Assembly: GCA_937996685.1 (NCBI GenBank)
Contig: CALKUP010000002.1
Location: forward strand, 177,066-241,065
Direction: 5' to 3'
DNA from: an uncultured bacterium
Lineage (GTDB): Bacteria; Patescibacteriota; Patescibacteriia; UBA9570; XYC2-FULL-38-9
DNA: 64,000 bases
Shown here: positions 9,298-18,812 of the stretch, piece by piece
How the letters are laid out: each line of letters begins with the position of its first letter
Position numbering within the stretch: position 1 is the first letter of the stretch
Made by a program: the position numbers and the translations under genes
Notes under the pieces: generated by a model
Seen by the model: the letters and a program-made list of their open reading frames with translations, nothing else
Told to the model about the DNA's origin: nothing
The model's database searches: none

Positions 9298-11109
9298 ATG
9301 TTCTCCCGCCCATTGGCACAAGTAGCGCTGACTGTTTTCTTTTTAGTGTGTATTATCGTGTCTTCTGTCTGGGCGTTTGGTGATCATTTGGCATTTGGTG
9401 CAACCGGAGACGATTCACCTGGGTATATTTATCTTGGTTCGTTAATTGCGCGTGGACAACCGATCGTGTGGCACGACGCGCTCGGAAAGCAAGCTTTGGA
9501 TTTTTTCGGTGATTATCGAATTGCGAGTTGGGTGTTGCCAACGCATCATGAGTTTATCCACCCTGATGGCATTATTGCATCAAAGTATCCAGTAGGCGCA
9601 TCACTGTTACTCGCACTTGGTGCATTCCTTTCATTACATCTTGGCGATGGTTCAACGCTTGGTATGTATGTTGTCCAGCCGGTGCTTGGTGGTCTCGTTG
9701 TGTTATTGACCTATCTGTTTGCAGTGATTGCATTGCCGCGTTTACCGCTTGCGCGACACGGCGTTGGTTTAGTGGCCGCTGGAATGCTGGCGACAACGGA
9801 TATTTTTTATGACACAGTGATCAGTTACCCGATGCGTGAATTGCCATCGATGGTGTTTTTGTTGTTGTCGGCAATTGTCTACATTCCGACAATTCGAGTA
9901 ATTAGCCGATCACGCGCTCAGGGCACCCCTGTGCTCACGTGGGGATATGCGGGACTTTTGTTGTTTGGTGTGCTGTTTGGTTTTGCCTGCACTGTGCGAG
10001 AAACATCGATTGTTATTTTGCCAGCATATATCGTATATGGGGTTGCGTTGACGTGGAGTGGTTCAGCTTCTGTAAAAGCACTTCTTGCATACGTGAAAAA
10101 ACAATGGGTGATTATCGCGTGTGTGTTGCTTGGTTGTATTATTGGAGTCTTGCCAATTGTGTGGGATTCAGTGCAAATTAGTACACAAAATGAACCGTTT
10201 AAAGAGCGCGACACCGGAAGTGTTGTCTTGTTGTCAAACATGAATCATTTGCAGACGGTGAGCTTAAAAAACATGTTTGAAAGCACTGGGCGATATCGTC
10301 CAGCAAATGGATCACTTGGTCAATATTGGAATGTGTTGTCTGATGTCTCATCAATTCCGTTTTTGCCAGTTTTGGTGTTTGTGATGACTGCCGGGGCTTT
10401 CTGGTTCGGCAATCGAGAAGAGCGCGCGGTCGCTGCATTGTGGGGGTTGTGGTTTGCCGGAACGCTGACAATGTTCGCGTTATGGATCAATCCGTATTCT
10501 CGGTATATCTTGCCGTTGCTGCCACCGTACTTTTTGCTATTTGCGACAGGTTTTGTGTTGTCTGTTCAAGGGCTCTATAAACAGGCGAGTGTGCAATTTC
10601 AATGCGCGCTGCTCATGCTTGGTCTCTTGGTTGTCGTTGGTTCACTCGTTGAGCCATTGCGATTGATGAAAATTGATCACGCCGTTGATGAATATCCGTC
10701 TCGAACAATTACGTATAATGACAGTGTATTGCTACAACAGATTGCTGACACTGTCACGCATGACAATACTGGACAGAAGGAGCCAATTGCGCTCTTTGCA
10801 GGTCCTGTGCGATTCGGTTTGTCAGAGGTTTTTATGGCGCAAACCGGCATTCGCAGTATGCGCTTGCCATTTGAAGAGGAAAAAGATCAACCAAATCCAG
10901 TACAAGTCCGGGATTTCCTTCGTCTATTATTGAATGATTCGCATTCATTATATGTTGTGTTGCCGGTCAATCAAACTACTGAGATTGTTCAGTTCCAAAA
11001 AGATTGGATTGCAGAAGGTGGTCGCTTGGAGGTATTGCAAGTTGGCGAGAAAAATGATATTGATTTTTCATTTGCCGAAGACACGACATTGATCCGTTTG
11101 AGTAATTAA
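9298..11109 (+). CDS. large polytopic membrane protein, putative GT-C-fold (ArnT/PMT-like) glycosyltransferase
   Basis: 603 aa, more than 10 TM helices, acidic first-loop motif TGDDSPGY, large C-terminal soluble domain; sits downstream of a DPM1-like GT2. Confidence 0.4.
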   Translation: MFSRPLAQVALTVFFLVCIIVSSVWAFGDHLAFGATGDDSPGYIYLGSLIARGQPIVWHDALGKQALDFFGDYRIASWVLPTHHEFIHPDGIIASKYPVGASLLLALGAFLSLHLGDGSTLGMYVVQPVLGGLVVLLTYLFAVIALPRLPLARHGVGLVAAGMLATTDIFYDTVISYPMRELPSMVFLLLSAIVYIPTIRVISRSRAQGTPVLTWGYAGLLLFGVLFGFACTVRETSIVILPAYIVYGVALTWSGSASVKALLAYVKKQWVIIACVLLGCIIGVLPIVWDSVQISTQNEPFKERDTGSVVLLSNMNHLQTVSLKNMFESTGRYRPANGSLGQYWNVLSDVSSIPFLPVLVFVMTAGAFWFGNREERAVAALWGLWFAGTLTMFALWINPYSRYILPLLPPYFLLFATGFVLSVQGLYKQASVQFQCALLMLGLLVVVGSLVEPLRLMKIDHAVDEYPSRTITYNDSVLLQQIADTVTHDNTGQKEPIALFAGPVRFGLSEVFMAQTGIRSMRLPFEEEKDQPNPVQVRDFLRLLLNDSHSLYVVLPVNQTTEIVQFQKDWIAEGGRLEVLQVGEKNDIDFSFAEDTTLIRLSN

Positions 11110-11118
11110 CATTTTTTT

Positions 11119-11787
11119 ATGACTCCCATTCATTCCGTTGCTGACATTATTCCATTTCAAAAAGCGCAAGATTCTGTTTTTGCAAAACTGATTAATCGTC
11201 GATTGTCTCGCGTCTTTTCATTTTGGTTATTAAAAGTTCGACCAACAATTTCACCATCAACCGTCAGTACATTGTCATTTATTGTGAGTGTTGCTGGGAT
11301 TGCGTTGTTTCTCTTACCGAATTATTATTGGCGACTTGTTGGGGTTGTGTTATTGCAGTCTGGTTTTGCACTTGATTGTTCAGATGGGGAAATTGCTCGA
11401 ATTCAAAACTCAATGAGTGCTTTTGGGGCGTGGCTCGATTCTGTATTTGATCGTTTCAAGGAAGTACTCATGATCGCAGCGCTCACGGCACAATGGTATT
11501 GGTATCACACGGAAGCAGTGTGGGTGATTGTGTTAGGCGCAGGCGCAATTATTTCATGGCAAGTGATCGGGTATTTGCGAGAGGCGAAAAAAAGCTCTTG
11601 GCCAACCAGTCGAACAGCTGAGTTGTTCATTAGTAAAAATATGTACGTCGGAACTGTTGATACAACGATTTACTTGGTGTGTTTCGCGGTTGTTATTCAA
11701 TATGAAGTGTTCGCTCTCTGGGTCTTTTTGCTCCTCGGTTTTCCATTGATTGCAAAACAATTACGTTCGGCATACCGAATGAAATAA
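11119..11787 (+). CDS. CDP-alcohol phosphatidyltransferase family protein
   Basis: Signature D-x2-DG-x2-AR...G-x3-D-x3-D: LDCSDGEIAR...GAWLDSVFD; membrane protein. Confidence 0.55.
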   Translation: MTPIHSVADIIPFQKAQDSVFAKLINRRLSRVFSFWLLKVRPTISPSTVSTLSFIVSVAGIALFLLPNYYWRLVGVVLLQSGFALDCSDGEIARIQNSMSAFGAWLDSVFDRFKEVLMIAALTAQWYWYHTEAVWVIVLGAGAIISWQVIGYLREAKKSSWPTSRTAELFISKNMYVGTVDTTIYLVCFAVVIQYEVFALWVFLLLGFPLIAKQLRSAYRMK

Positions 11788-11814
11788 TGTGCGACTTCTT
11801 ATAAAGAAGACGTG

Positions 11815-12354
11815 CTATTGAATGATGTATTCGTAAATCGGGACTTGCGTGTCGGTGTCTCGATGTCTGACTGTGTGTTGTAGTCCAGGCATATGAAAGG
11901 TGTATGAAATAATGCGCGTGCCTGGCTTGCATTCCTTTTGTAATTTTGCGACAACCTTTCCATTTTTATTCGGCATGCCGTAAATGTAAATCACTGTCGC
12001 GTCAGATAGGTTTGTTGTATACAAATTCTTTAACCAAAAACGAGCACCGTGTGATTGTTTGATATATTTTTTCAGAACAGAGTAGCAAAACAAGACCGGT
12101 GAAATTTCAATTCCAGTTGCTGTCACGCCGTAAATGAGTCCAGCATTGGTTGTGACGATTCCTGTACCAGAGCCAAGTTCATAGAGAATATCACCTGATT
12201 TCAGATTAAGGATGTCCATGACGCGTTTGTGGTCTGATGGATACAACGGAACCCAGGGCGCGAGCGAAAGTCCGCCGATGCCAAAAAATCCTAATAATAT
12301 TACTAAAAGTGAAAAGCCGACGAGTAAGAGTATTGAAAGAAGTAGTGGATTCAT
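11815..12354 (-). CDS. class I SAM-dependent methyltransferase (membrane-anchored)
   Basis: LELGSGTG SAM-binding motif; N-terminal TM helix; start taken at ATG 12354 (MNPLLL) because the longer track ORF overlaps the neighbouring gene. Confidence 0.5.
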   Translation of the reverse strand: MNPLLLSILLLVGFSLLVILLGFFGIGGLSLAPWVPLYPSDHKRVMDILNLKSGDILYELGSGTGIVTTNAGLIYGVTATGIEISPVLFCYSVLKKYIKQSHGARFWLKNLYTTNLSDATVIYIYGMPNKNGKVVAKLQKECKPGTRIISYTFHMPGLQHTVRHRDTDTQVPIYEYIIQ

Positions 12355-12415
12355 ATATACTTCAGTGTACCATATTTCAGTATTAAATCTATCAGAAGTA
12401 TCTGAATCTATCCTT

Positions 12416-13474
12416 ATGAATCGCGAAATTATTTCAACTCTTGACTCACAAAACATGCTCGGCTCTATTGAGGTGTTTGAAAAACAATGTCTTGAAGCGT
12501 GGGAATCAACAAAAAATACAGAACTACCAGACAGTTACAAGTCCGTAAAAAACATTGTGTTTGTTGGCATGGGAGGTAGTGCGCTTGGTATTGATGTTAT
12601 TCAAAAAGCGTTTGCTGATCAATTGCAGATTCCAATTACAGTGGTGAATGATTACCAGCTTCCAGCGTCAGTGAATGAAGATTCGCTTGTGATATTTTCG
12701 AGTTATTCCGGAACAACAGAAGAGGTGTTGCATGCATTTGATGAGCTTCGTGGTCGAACAAAGAATGTCTTTATTATTACAACCGGTGGTGATTTAGAAA
12801 AAATTGCCGCAGAGCAATCAATTCCGGCGTATATTTTTCACCCAACCTACAATCCAAGTAATCAGCCACGTATGGCGTCTGGATATTCTATCGCAGGCAC
12901 ATTAGGATTATTTGTGTCACTTGGTTTATTAAAAATCACTAATGCTGAAATGAATGATGTCGCGGCTTTTATTACGAGTCTTCACGGTCTGTTTGGCGCA
13001 GATGTTGCTAATGAAGAGAATGTTGCAAAGCAAACTGCAAAAAAACTCGTTGGCTCATTTCCGCTTTTTATTAGTTCTGAGTTTTTAGAAGGGGCTGTCC
13101 ATGTCGCGACAAATCAAATGAATGAAAATAGTAAAACAGCTGCCTTTCGTTTGCCTGTCCCAGAAATGAACCACCATTTTATTGAGGCATTTGTATTTCC
13201 AAAAGAACTATTGTCAAAAGTGCATGTGTTATTTTTTGAAAGTGCGTTGTATCACGACCGTATTCAAAAACGATATGCGGTCACCTCAGCGCTCGCACAA
13301 GACAAGGGTTTGCAGGTGAGTCATATTCAAATGCATGGAAGTACTCGTTTAATGCAGGTGTTTGAAGCCATTGTCTTTGGAAGTTATTTGTCATTTTATC
13401 TTGCAATGGAACTTGGTATCGATCCATCTCCGATTCCAAATGTCGATCATTTGAAAGATGCTTTAGCTGCATAA
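12416..13474 (+). CDS. bifunctional phosphoglucose/phosphomannose isomerase (SIS domain, archaeal type)
   Basis: SIS motif VFVGMGGSALGIDVI, second SIS half; start at ATG 12416 (MNREII) to avoid overlap with the divergent gene. Confidence 0.5.
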   Translation: MNREIISTLDSQNMLGSIEVFEKQCLEAWESTKNTELPDSYKSVKNIVFVGMGGSALGIDVIQKAFADQLQIPITVVNDYQLPASVNEDSLVIFSSYSGTTEEVLHAFDELRGRTKNVFIITTGGDLEKIAAEQSIPAYIFHPTYNPSNQPRMASGYSIAGTLGLFVSLGLLKITNAEMNDVAAFITSLHGLFGADVANEENVAKQTAKKLVGSFPLFISSEFLEGAVHVATNQMNENSKTAAFRLPVPEMNHHFIEAFVFPKELLSKVHVLFFESALYHDRIQKRYAVTSALAQDKGLQVSHIQMHGSTRLMQVFEAIVFGSYLSFYLAMELGIDPSPIPNVDHLKDALAA

Positions 13475-13500
13475 TAGTCGCCTCTACAATAGGCGAATTC

Positions 13501-13540
13501 AGCGCCGTCAAAATTTTTCTCCACAGACGGCGCTTTTTTG
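13501..13540 (+). terminator. rho-independent terminator
   Basis: AGCGCCGTC...GACGGCGCT 9-bp stem followed by TTTTTT. Confidence 0.6.
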
Positions 13541-13747
13541 CCATAGACGGCATCTCTCTTCGTGAGAGATAATTGTTTATAGAAACAACGCGTTTTTGTT
13601 TTATTGAAAATAGGTCATTCATTAGGCGCAGCGCCGTGGTCCACCCTCGACTGTGATTGCCTGATGAATGTCAGGTGTCATGAAGCGTGTAGGCGAATCG
13701 TCGCTTGTATTGCTGAATGGCAACACCGATGCAGAAAGTGGTGCTTC

Positions 13748-14761
13748 ATGCGATTCATGTGGCATGTGCTGGGATTTCTGCTGCTGTTCTCCGGCTGTTA
13801 CCATCCGCCGGATTTGCAGCTCGAAGAGGTTCCTGCTGGAGTTGAAGGAGCGGTCGAAGACGACACGGGTCAGGTCTATGACCAGGTGCCGCCGCCGATC
13901 ACCTACAACCTCCCGTTCATGAGCGGCGAGAGCTTTGTTGCTGGAACGTACGCCGGGCACGTTGCCTGGGACTTCAACAAGGCGGGAACGACTGGGAATC
14001 AGGATTGCGGTGAGCCGGTGATTGCGGTTGCGACTGGACGAGTCGAAGCGGTGAATACCGGTTGTCCGAATATCGCGGCTGGCTCTCCTGGTGCGAATAC
14101 CGGGTGTGGCGGCGGCCTCGGCAACTACGTGCGCGTTGATCACGACAGCGACAACGACGATATGATCTACGCGCATCTTCAGCAACTGAACGTCGTCAAC
14201 GGTCAGTGGATTGAAGAAGGGCAGGTGCTTGGGTTGCTCGGGACGTCCGGCAATTCATCTGCGTGCCACCTTCACTTCGAGATGCGCAACGGCAGCAACC
14301 AGGCGTACTTGCCACTGTTCATCTGGGACGGCGGTTCTGGCGGTTTGACTGACGGCGTGACGCGTCGCAGTATCAACCACCACGAAATTGACCTGGCGAA
14401 GGTGCGGCTTGGCATCGCCAATGTCGCGAACCAGACGACCACGACGGCAACGCGACTCAACAACGGCTTGGGGTACAAGCTCGAGTATCGCGGTGGCGCG
14501 TTTGGTGATTGTGCGATCTACTACGAAGCGTTGGGTTGTGTAGGCGGCAACTTCTGCCCGAGCTACAACAATACTAACTTTGCGTGGTTGACGCGCGGCG
14601 CCATTCGAGCGACGTACAATGCGATGGGTGCGACCGGTAGCTGGCTCGGATTTCCGACTGGAAACGAGTATGCGTGGAGCAATGGGCAGCGCCAGAACTT
14701 CCGCAACGGCTATCTGTACTGGAATCGTGGCACCGGCGTGACCACGGCTTTCAGTTACTGA
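13748..14761 (+). CDS. M23 family metallopeptidase (lipoprotein), high-GC
   Basis: HxxxD (GHVAWDF) and HLHFE (HxH) LytM motifs; lipobox-like LLLFSGC after ATG 13748; ~60% GC. Confidence 0.65.
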   Translation: MRFMWHVLGFLLLFSGCYHPPDLQLEEVPAGVEGAVEDDTGQVYDQVPPPITYNLPFMSGESFVAGTYAGHVAWDFNKAGTTGNQDCGEPVIAVATGRVEAVNTGCPNIAAGSPGANTGCGGGLGNYVRVDHDSDNDDMIYAHLQQLNVVNGQWIEEGQVLGLLGTSGNSSACHLHFEMRNGSNQAYLPLFIWDGGSGGLTDGVTRRSINHHEIDLAKVRLGIANVANQTTTTATRLNNGLGYKLEYRGGAFGDCAIYYEALGCVGGNFCPSYNNTNFAWLTRGAIRATYNAMGATGSWLGFPTGNEYAWSNGQRQNFRNGYLYWNRGTGVTTAFSY

Positions 14762-14869
14762 GCATCGGTGTGCTTGTGGTGGCAGGGAAGAGGATTTCTT
14801 TTCTGTCACCACTCTATTTTCTTTGGTGTATTATTGATATAATCATTCTATTATTTTTTATTTTCTTTT

Positions 14870-15547
14870 ATGAAAAAACAAACAGGAGGAGCGCTATTTA
14901 TTGGTATGATGAGCGCGGTTATTCTGACTGGAGCTACATGCACAGGTCCGGTTCATACAACCGGGTCATCAAGCTCTACGATAAAAAACACAGCTGTTGT
15001 TGAAGATGCTGCAGTAAAAACAGTGAAAACAACTTCAGGGAAGCTCACAATGAAGATTCCGAAAGAATGGACAGAAACAATAACGCAAAATGCTGTATCT
15101 ATTGTTGATTCAGATAACGAGGCCGTGAAACAGGGTAGCAGTGCAATTGATCCAAATGGTGTGACATTCACTGCGTCTATTCTTGATGTGTCTTCATCTG
15201 ATTATGCGCTTGGTGTGCAGAGGGCTCAAGGGGTGTATGCAACAGATCAACAGAAAGCAGATGATGAAAAAGCAGCCACAGATAGCGCAATGCCGCGACC
15301 AGTTGTGAAGAGTCTAGAAATTGCAACTATTGGGGGAAGTAAAGGATATGCATACCGTGTATACATTGAACCGAAAGAAACACCAGTGAATGAACTAAGT
15401 GATTATTTTGATGCAGTGGAGTATTATATTGAGTTGCCAGGAAAAAAGGTTTTGACGGTTTCTCAAAAAATTGGATACGGTACAGAGCATGATGTTTTGC
15501 AAACAAGATTAAAAACAGTAGTAGATTCAATTGCGGTTTCTCAGTAG
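14870..15547 (+). CDS. hypothetical lipoprotein
   Basis: Signal peptide plus lipobox LTGATC; no known domain. Confidence 0.4.
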   Translation: MKKQTGGALFIGMMSAVILTGATCTGPVHTTGSSSSTIKNTAVVEDAAVKTVKTTSGKLTMKIPKEWTETITQNAVSIVDSDNEAVKQGSSAIDPNGVTFTASILDVSSSDYALGVQRAQGVYATDQQKADDEKAATDSAMPRPVVKSLEIATIGGSKGYAYRVYIEPKETPVNELSDYFDAVEYYIELPGKKVLTVSQKIGYGTEHDVLQTRLKTVVDSIAVSQ

Positions 15548-15614
15548 TGTTGTTATTGCGTTGGATTTCGTATGCGGTTATACTAAGTCCATATTTTACA
15601 ATTTCATATTTCGT

Positions 15615-17045
15615 ATGACAAAACGTTCACTTCTTGTCGCGCTGGTATTTGCTGCGTGGCTTATTTTCCCGATGAGTACTTTTGCTGCCACTGATTCGCG
15701 CTTACCTGATTTAAATGTCTTTGATATGCGAGGCCACGGACGCACTACTGTACGACAAGAATCGTTTCGTGTCATGGATGGCAAGACAACGAATGGCGCG
15801 TCTGTTGCAATTGGAAATGTGACCGGTGATTCAAAAGAAGAAATTATCGTTGGAGCCGGTCCTGGTTCTGAGCCGTATGTGCAGGTCTATACCGCAAGCG
15901 GGAAGCGGATCGCGCAGTTTTTGGCATATGACCGTTCAATGAAAAAAGGTGTGCATGTGGCGGTTGGAAATGTGAATGCGAAAGGGTACGACGAAATCGT
16001 CACTGTTCCAGGAGAAGGCGCAGCGAGCTTGGTTCGGGTGTTTACAAGTCGTGGCAAAAAAACCATTACGAATGGATTTTATGCATTTCCGAAGACATTT
16101 ACTGGTGGCGCAACAATTGCTGTTGGAAATGTGACAGGGAGTACAAAAGCGGAAATTGTTGTCGGTAGCGGAATTGGAACAGAAGCGATTGTGCGGATTT
16201 TAAATGAAAAAGGAAAAACAGCGTATCGTACGCTCCATCCATTTGAGTCAACACATAAAGGAGGAGTGAGTGTTGCTGTAGCAAATATTGATGGTGGAGA
16301 GCAGGCAGAAATTGCGGTTGCAAAACGCTCTTTTGGTTCGCCTCAAGTGAAGACATATCGAGTGCATAAAAAAGAAGAAATTGCCGGTGACTTTTTCGCG
16401 TTTCCGCAAAGTTATCGAGGAGGTCTCAATCTTGCTGCTGCGGATGTTGACGATAATGGCTCTGAGGAGTTGATTGTGTTACCACGTCAAGACCGCACAG
16501 TATCCGCCCGTCTGTTTCGTGGAAACGGTAAAGCGGTAGGAAAAGGCTTTCAGGTCTATGAAAAACAATTTATTGGCGGTGGAATGGTTGCGGCTGGTAA
16601 TGTGGACGACGACGAAAAAATGGAAATTGTGACCGTCCCAGAAAAACGATTAGTGACTGGTCGTAGTGATTATTATAAATATATTGATGTTGATTTATCT
16701 GAGCAAAAATTACGCGCGTATCGTAATGGTGTGTTGGAAAAAGAATTCTTGGTTTCTACAGGCATCGATCGATACCCAACGCCAACTGGAACCTACCCAA
16801 TTCGTCGTAAGTTATTAAACAAAGACTATGAGTGGTCGTATGGTGAAAATCATCCAGATAATTATGACATCAAGGATGTTCCGTATAATTTGCAGTTTTT
16901 GCCAACATACTATCTCCATAATGCGTACTGGCATAATAATTTTGGACACAAAATGAGTCACGGATGCGTGAATATCAACCTAGAAAATTCAAAGTGGATT
17001 TATGAATGGGCAAATGTCGGTGATCCGGTCATTATCCATCAATAA
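15615..17045 (+). CDS. L,D-transpeptidase (YkuD domain) with about six N-terminal FG-GAP/beta-propeller-like repeats
   Basis: C-terminal catalytic motif HNAYWHNNFGHKMSHGCVN (His...Ser-x-Gly-Cys); ~50-aa repeats VAVGNV..G...EIVV; signal peptide from ATG 15615. Confidence 0.65.
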   Translation: MTKRSLLVALVFAAWLIFPMSTFAATDSRLPDLNVFDMRGHGRTTVRQESFRVMDGKTTNGASVAIGNVTGDSKEEIIVGAGPGSEPYVQVYTASGKRIAQFLAYDRSMKKGVHVAVGNVNAKGYDEIVTVPGEGAASLVRVFTSRGKKTITNGFYAFPKTFTGGATIAVGNVTGSTKAEIVVGSGIGTEAIVRILNEKGKTAYRTLHPFESTHKGGVSVAVANIDGGEQAEIAVAKRSFGSPQVKTYRVHKKEEIAGDFFAFPQSYRGGLNLAAADVDDNGSEELIVLPRQDRTVSARLFRGNGKAVGKGFQVYEKQFIGGGMVAAGNVDDDEKMEIVTVPEKRLVTGRSDYYKYIDVDLSEQKLRAYRNGVLEKEFLVSTGIDRYPTPTGTYPIRRKLLNKDYEWSYGENHPDNYDIKDVPYNLQFLPTYYLHNAYWHNNFGHKMSHGCVNINLENSKWIYEWANVGDPVIIHQ

Positions 17046-17102
17046 TCCAAATTATTTAGGTATTGTTTCAAAAATAAGCGATTTGCTGTATACTCTTGGG
17101 AT

Positions 17103-18812
17103 ATGACAAAAAAGACGAAATTGCGTATTACCGCACTATCCATTCTGCTGCTCGCTATTGGGGCTGGTTATCTAGCGTATCCAAAGGGACCTGCAATTAG
17201 CCTTGGTTCATTTCAACGCTCCGGAAATGTTCAACTTGGCCTTGATTTACAAGGTGGGGCGCAGTTGCTCTATCAAGCTGACATGTCAAATGTTCCAGAA
17301 GCTGATCGTACTGATTCATTAAATGGTGTGCGTGATGTTATTGAACAGCGCATTAATGCATTTGGTGTCGGCGAACCTGTAATTCAAACAGTTCGCTCGG
17401 GTAATGATTATCGCTTAAATGTTGAGCTGCCGGGTATTACAGATGTGACTGCTGCGGCGAAAAAAATTGGAGAAACCCCATTACTCGAATTTAAAACAGA
17501 AGGACCAGAAGTGGTGTATACAGAAGAGCAAAAAGCTGCAATTCGTAAACAAAACGATGAAAATAAAAAAACAGCCGAAGACGTATTAAAGCGTGTTCGT
17601 TCCGGTGAGTCATTTGATGATTTAGCGAAGCAATATTCACAAGACCCGGGATCAAAGGATGCGGGTGGTGATTTAGGTGAGGCACAAGAAGGAACCTATG
17701 TTGAGCCATTTAATGAAGTTGTTTTTAGTAAAGCAACCCCAGGCGAGGTCTATCCAGAGCTGGTTGAAACAACCTTTGGATATCATATTGTTCGGGTTGA
17801 TGAGCGCACTGAAGCTGCGACAAATGAAGTAGCTCCAGGAACTGACGCAACAAACACAGCGACAACCGAAGGAAAAAAAGCCAAGGTACATCACATTTTA
17901 CTGACAAAACAGTCTGAAGAGCCGGTGAGTACTGGTCCGAATTATGTTGCGACCAACTTGACTGGCAAACAACTTGATCGAGCATCGGTAGTTCTTGATC
18001 AAACAACAGGATTGCCAACAGTCTCATTGAATTTTGATTCAGAAGGTAAAGAGTTGTTTGCAAAAATTACAAAAGAAAACGTGAACAAAACAATTGCTAT
18101 TTACCTCGATGGGCAAATTTTGTCCGCGCCAACAGTGCAGCAAGAAATCTCAACGGGGCAGGCGATTATTTCTGGTAGCTTCTCACTTGATGAAGCCAAG
18201 CAATTAACACAGCGCTTGAATGCTGGTGCGCTACCTGTGCCAGTGTCGCTGATTAGTCAGCAGCAAGTCGGGCCAACACTGGGTCAAGAATCGATTGAAC
18301 GAAGCTTATTTGCTGGGGTTGTTGGTTTAATCGCGCTCGGTATTTTTATGATCGTCTATTATCGATTGCCAGGGCTTATTGCGATGGTTGCGTTAGTGTT
18401 GTATTCCATTCTTGTGCTTGTGGTGTTTAAATTAGTTCCAGTGACTCTCACCCTTGCTGGTATTGCTGGTTTTGTCTTGTCTATCGGAATGGCGGTTGAT
18501 GCCAATGTCTTGATTTTTGAGCGCATGAAAGAAGAGTTGCATCGCGGTAAAACAGTCAAGCAAGCAATTGACGACGGATTTGATCGAGCATGGCTGTCTA
18601 TTCGTGATTCCAATGCATCTTCTTTAATGACCTGCTTGATTTTATACTGGTTCGGTTCATCGATTATTCGCGGCTTTGCGATCACTCTTGCAATTGGTGT
18701 CCTTGTCTCAATGTTTACAGCAGTGAATATTTCTCGAACTCTCTTAAAATTATTGCCAGTGAAAAATTCTTGGTGGTTTGGTGTCGCTCCTTTCAATAAC
18801 GAAAATGACTAA
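17103..18812 (+). CDS. secD: protein translocase subunit SecD with embedded parvulin-type (PpiC) PPIase domain
   Basis: SecD N-terminal TM and LDLQGG, C-terminal 6-TM block (AVDANVLIFERMKEE); internal parvulin signature SFDDLAKQYSQDPGSKDAGGDLGE...TTFGYHIVRV. Confidence 0.75.
   Translation: MTKKTKLRITALSILLLAIGAGYLAYPKGPAISLGSFQRSGNVQLGLDLQGGAQLLYQADMSNVPEADRTDSLNGVRDVIEQRINAFGVGEPVIQTVRSGNDYRLNVELPGITDVTAAAKKIGETPLLEFKTEGPEVVYTEEQKAAIRKQNDENKKTAEDVLKRVRSGESFDDLAKQYSQDPGSKDAGGDLGEAQEGTYVEPFNEVVFSKATPGEVYPELVETTFGYHIVRVDERTEAATNEVAPGTDATNTATTEGKKAKVHHILLTKQSEEPVSTGPNYVATNLTGKQLDRASVVLDQTTGLPTVSLNFDSEGKELFAKITKENVNKTIAIYLDGQILSAPTVQQEISTGQAIISGSFSLDEAKQLTQRLNAGALPVPVSLISQQQVGPTLGQESIERSLFAGVVGLIALGIFMIVYYRLPGLIAMVALVLYSILVLVVFKLVPVTLTLAGIAGFVLSIGMAVDANVLIFERMKEELHRGKTVKQAIDDGFDRAWLSIRDSNASSLMTCLILYWFGSSIIRGFAITLAIGVLVSMFTAVNISRTLLKLLPVKNSWWFGVAPFNNEND

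Noticed and set aside
12212-12456. Long N-terminal extensions of the PGI/PMI (+) and methyltransferase (-) ORFs that overlap each other
   Set aside because: The two divergent genes cannot both use the upstream starts. Internal ATGs at 12416 (+) and 12354 (-) give conventional N-termini (SIS domain start; TM anchor), so the extensions are treated as non-coding.
13604-13747. Upstream 48-codon extension of the M23 peptidase ORF
   Set aside because: The extension is Cys/Arg-rich with no signal peptide. ATG 13748 yields a canonical lipoprotein signal (LLLFSGC), so the shorter start is preferred.
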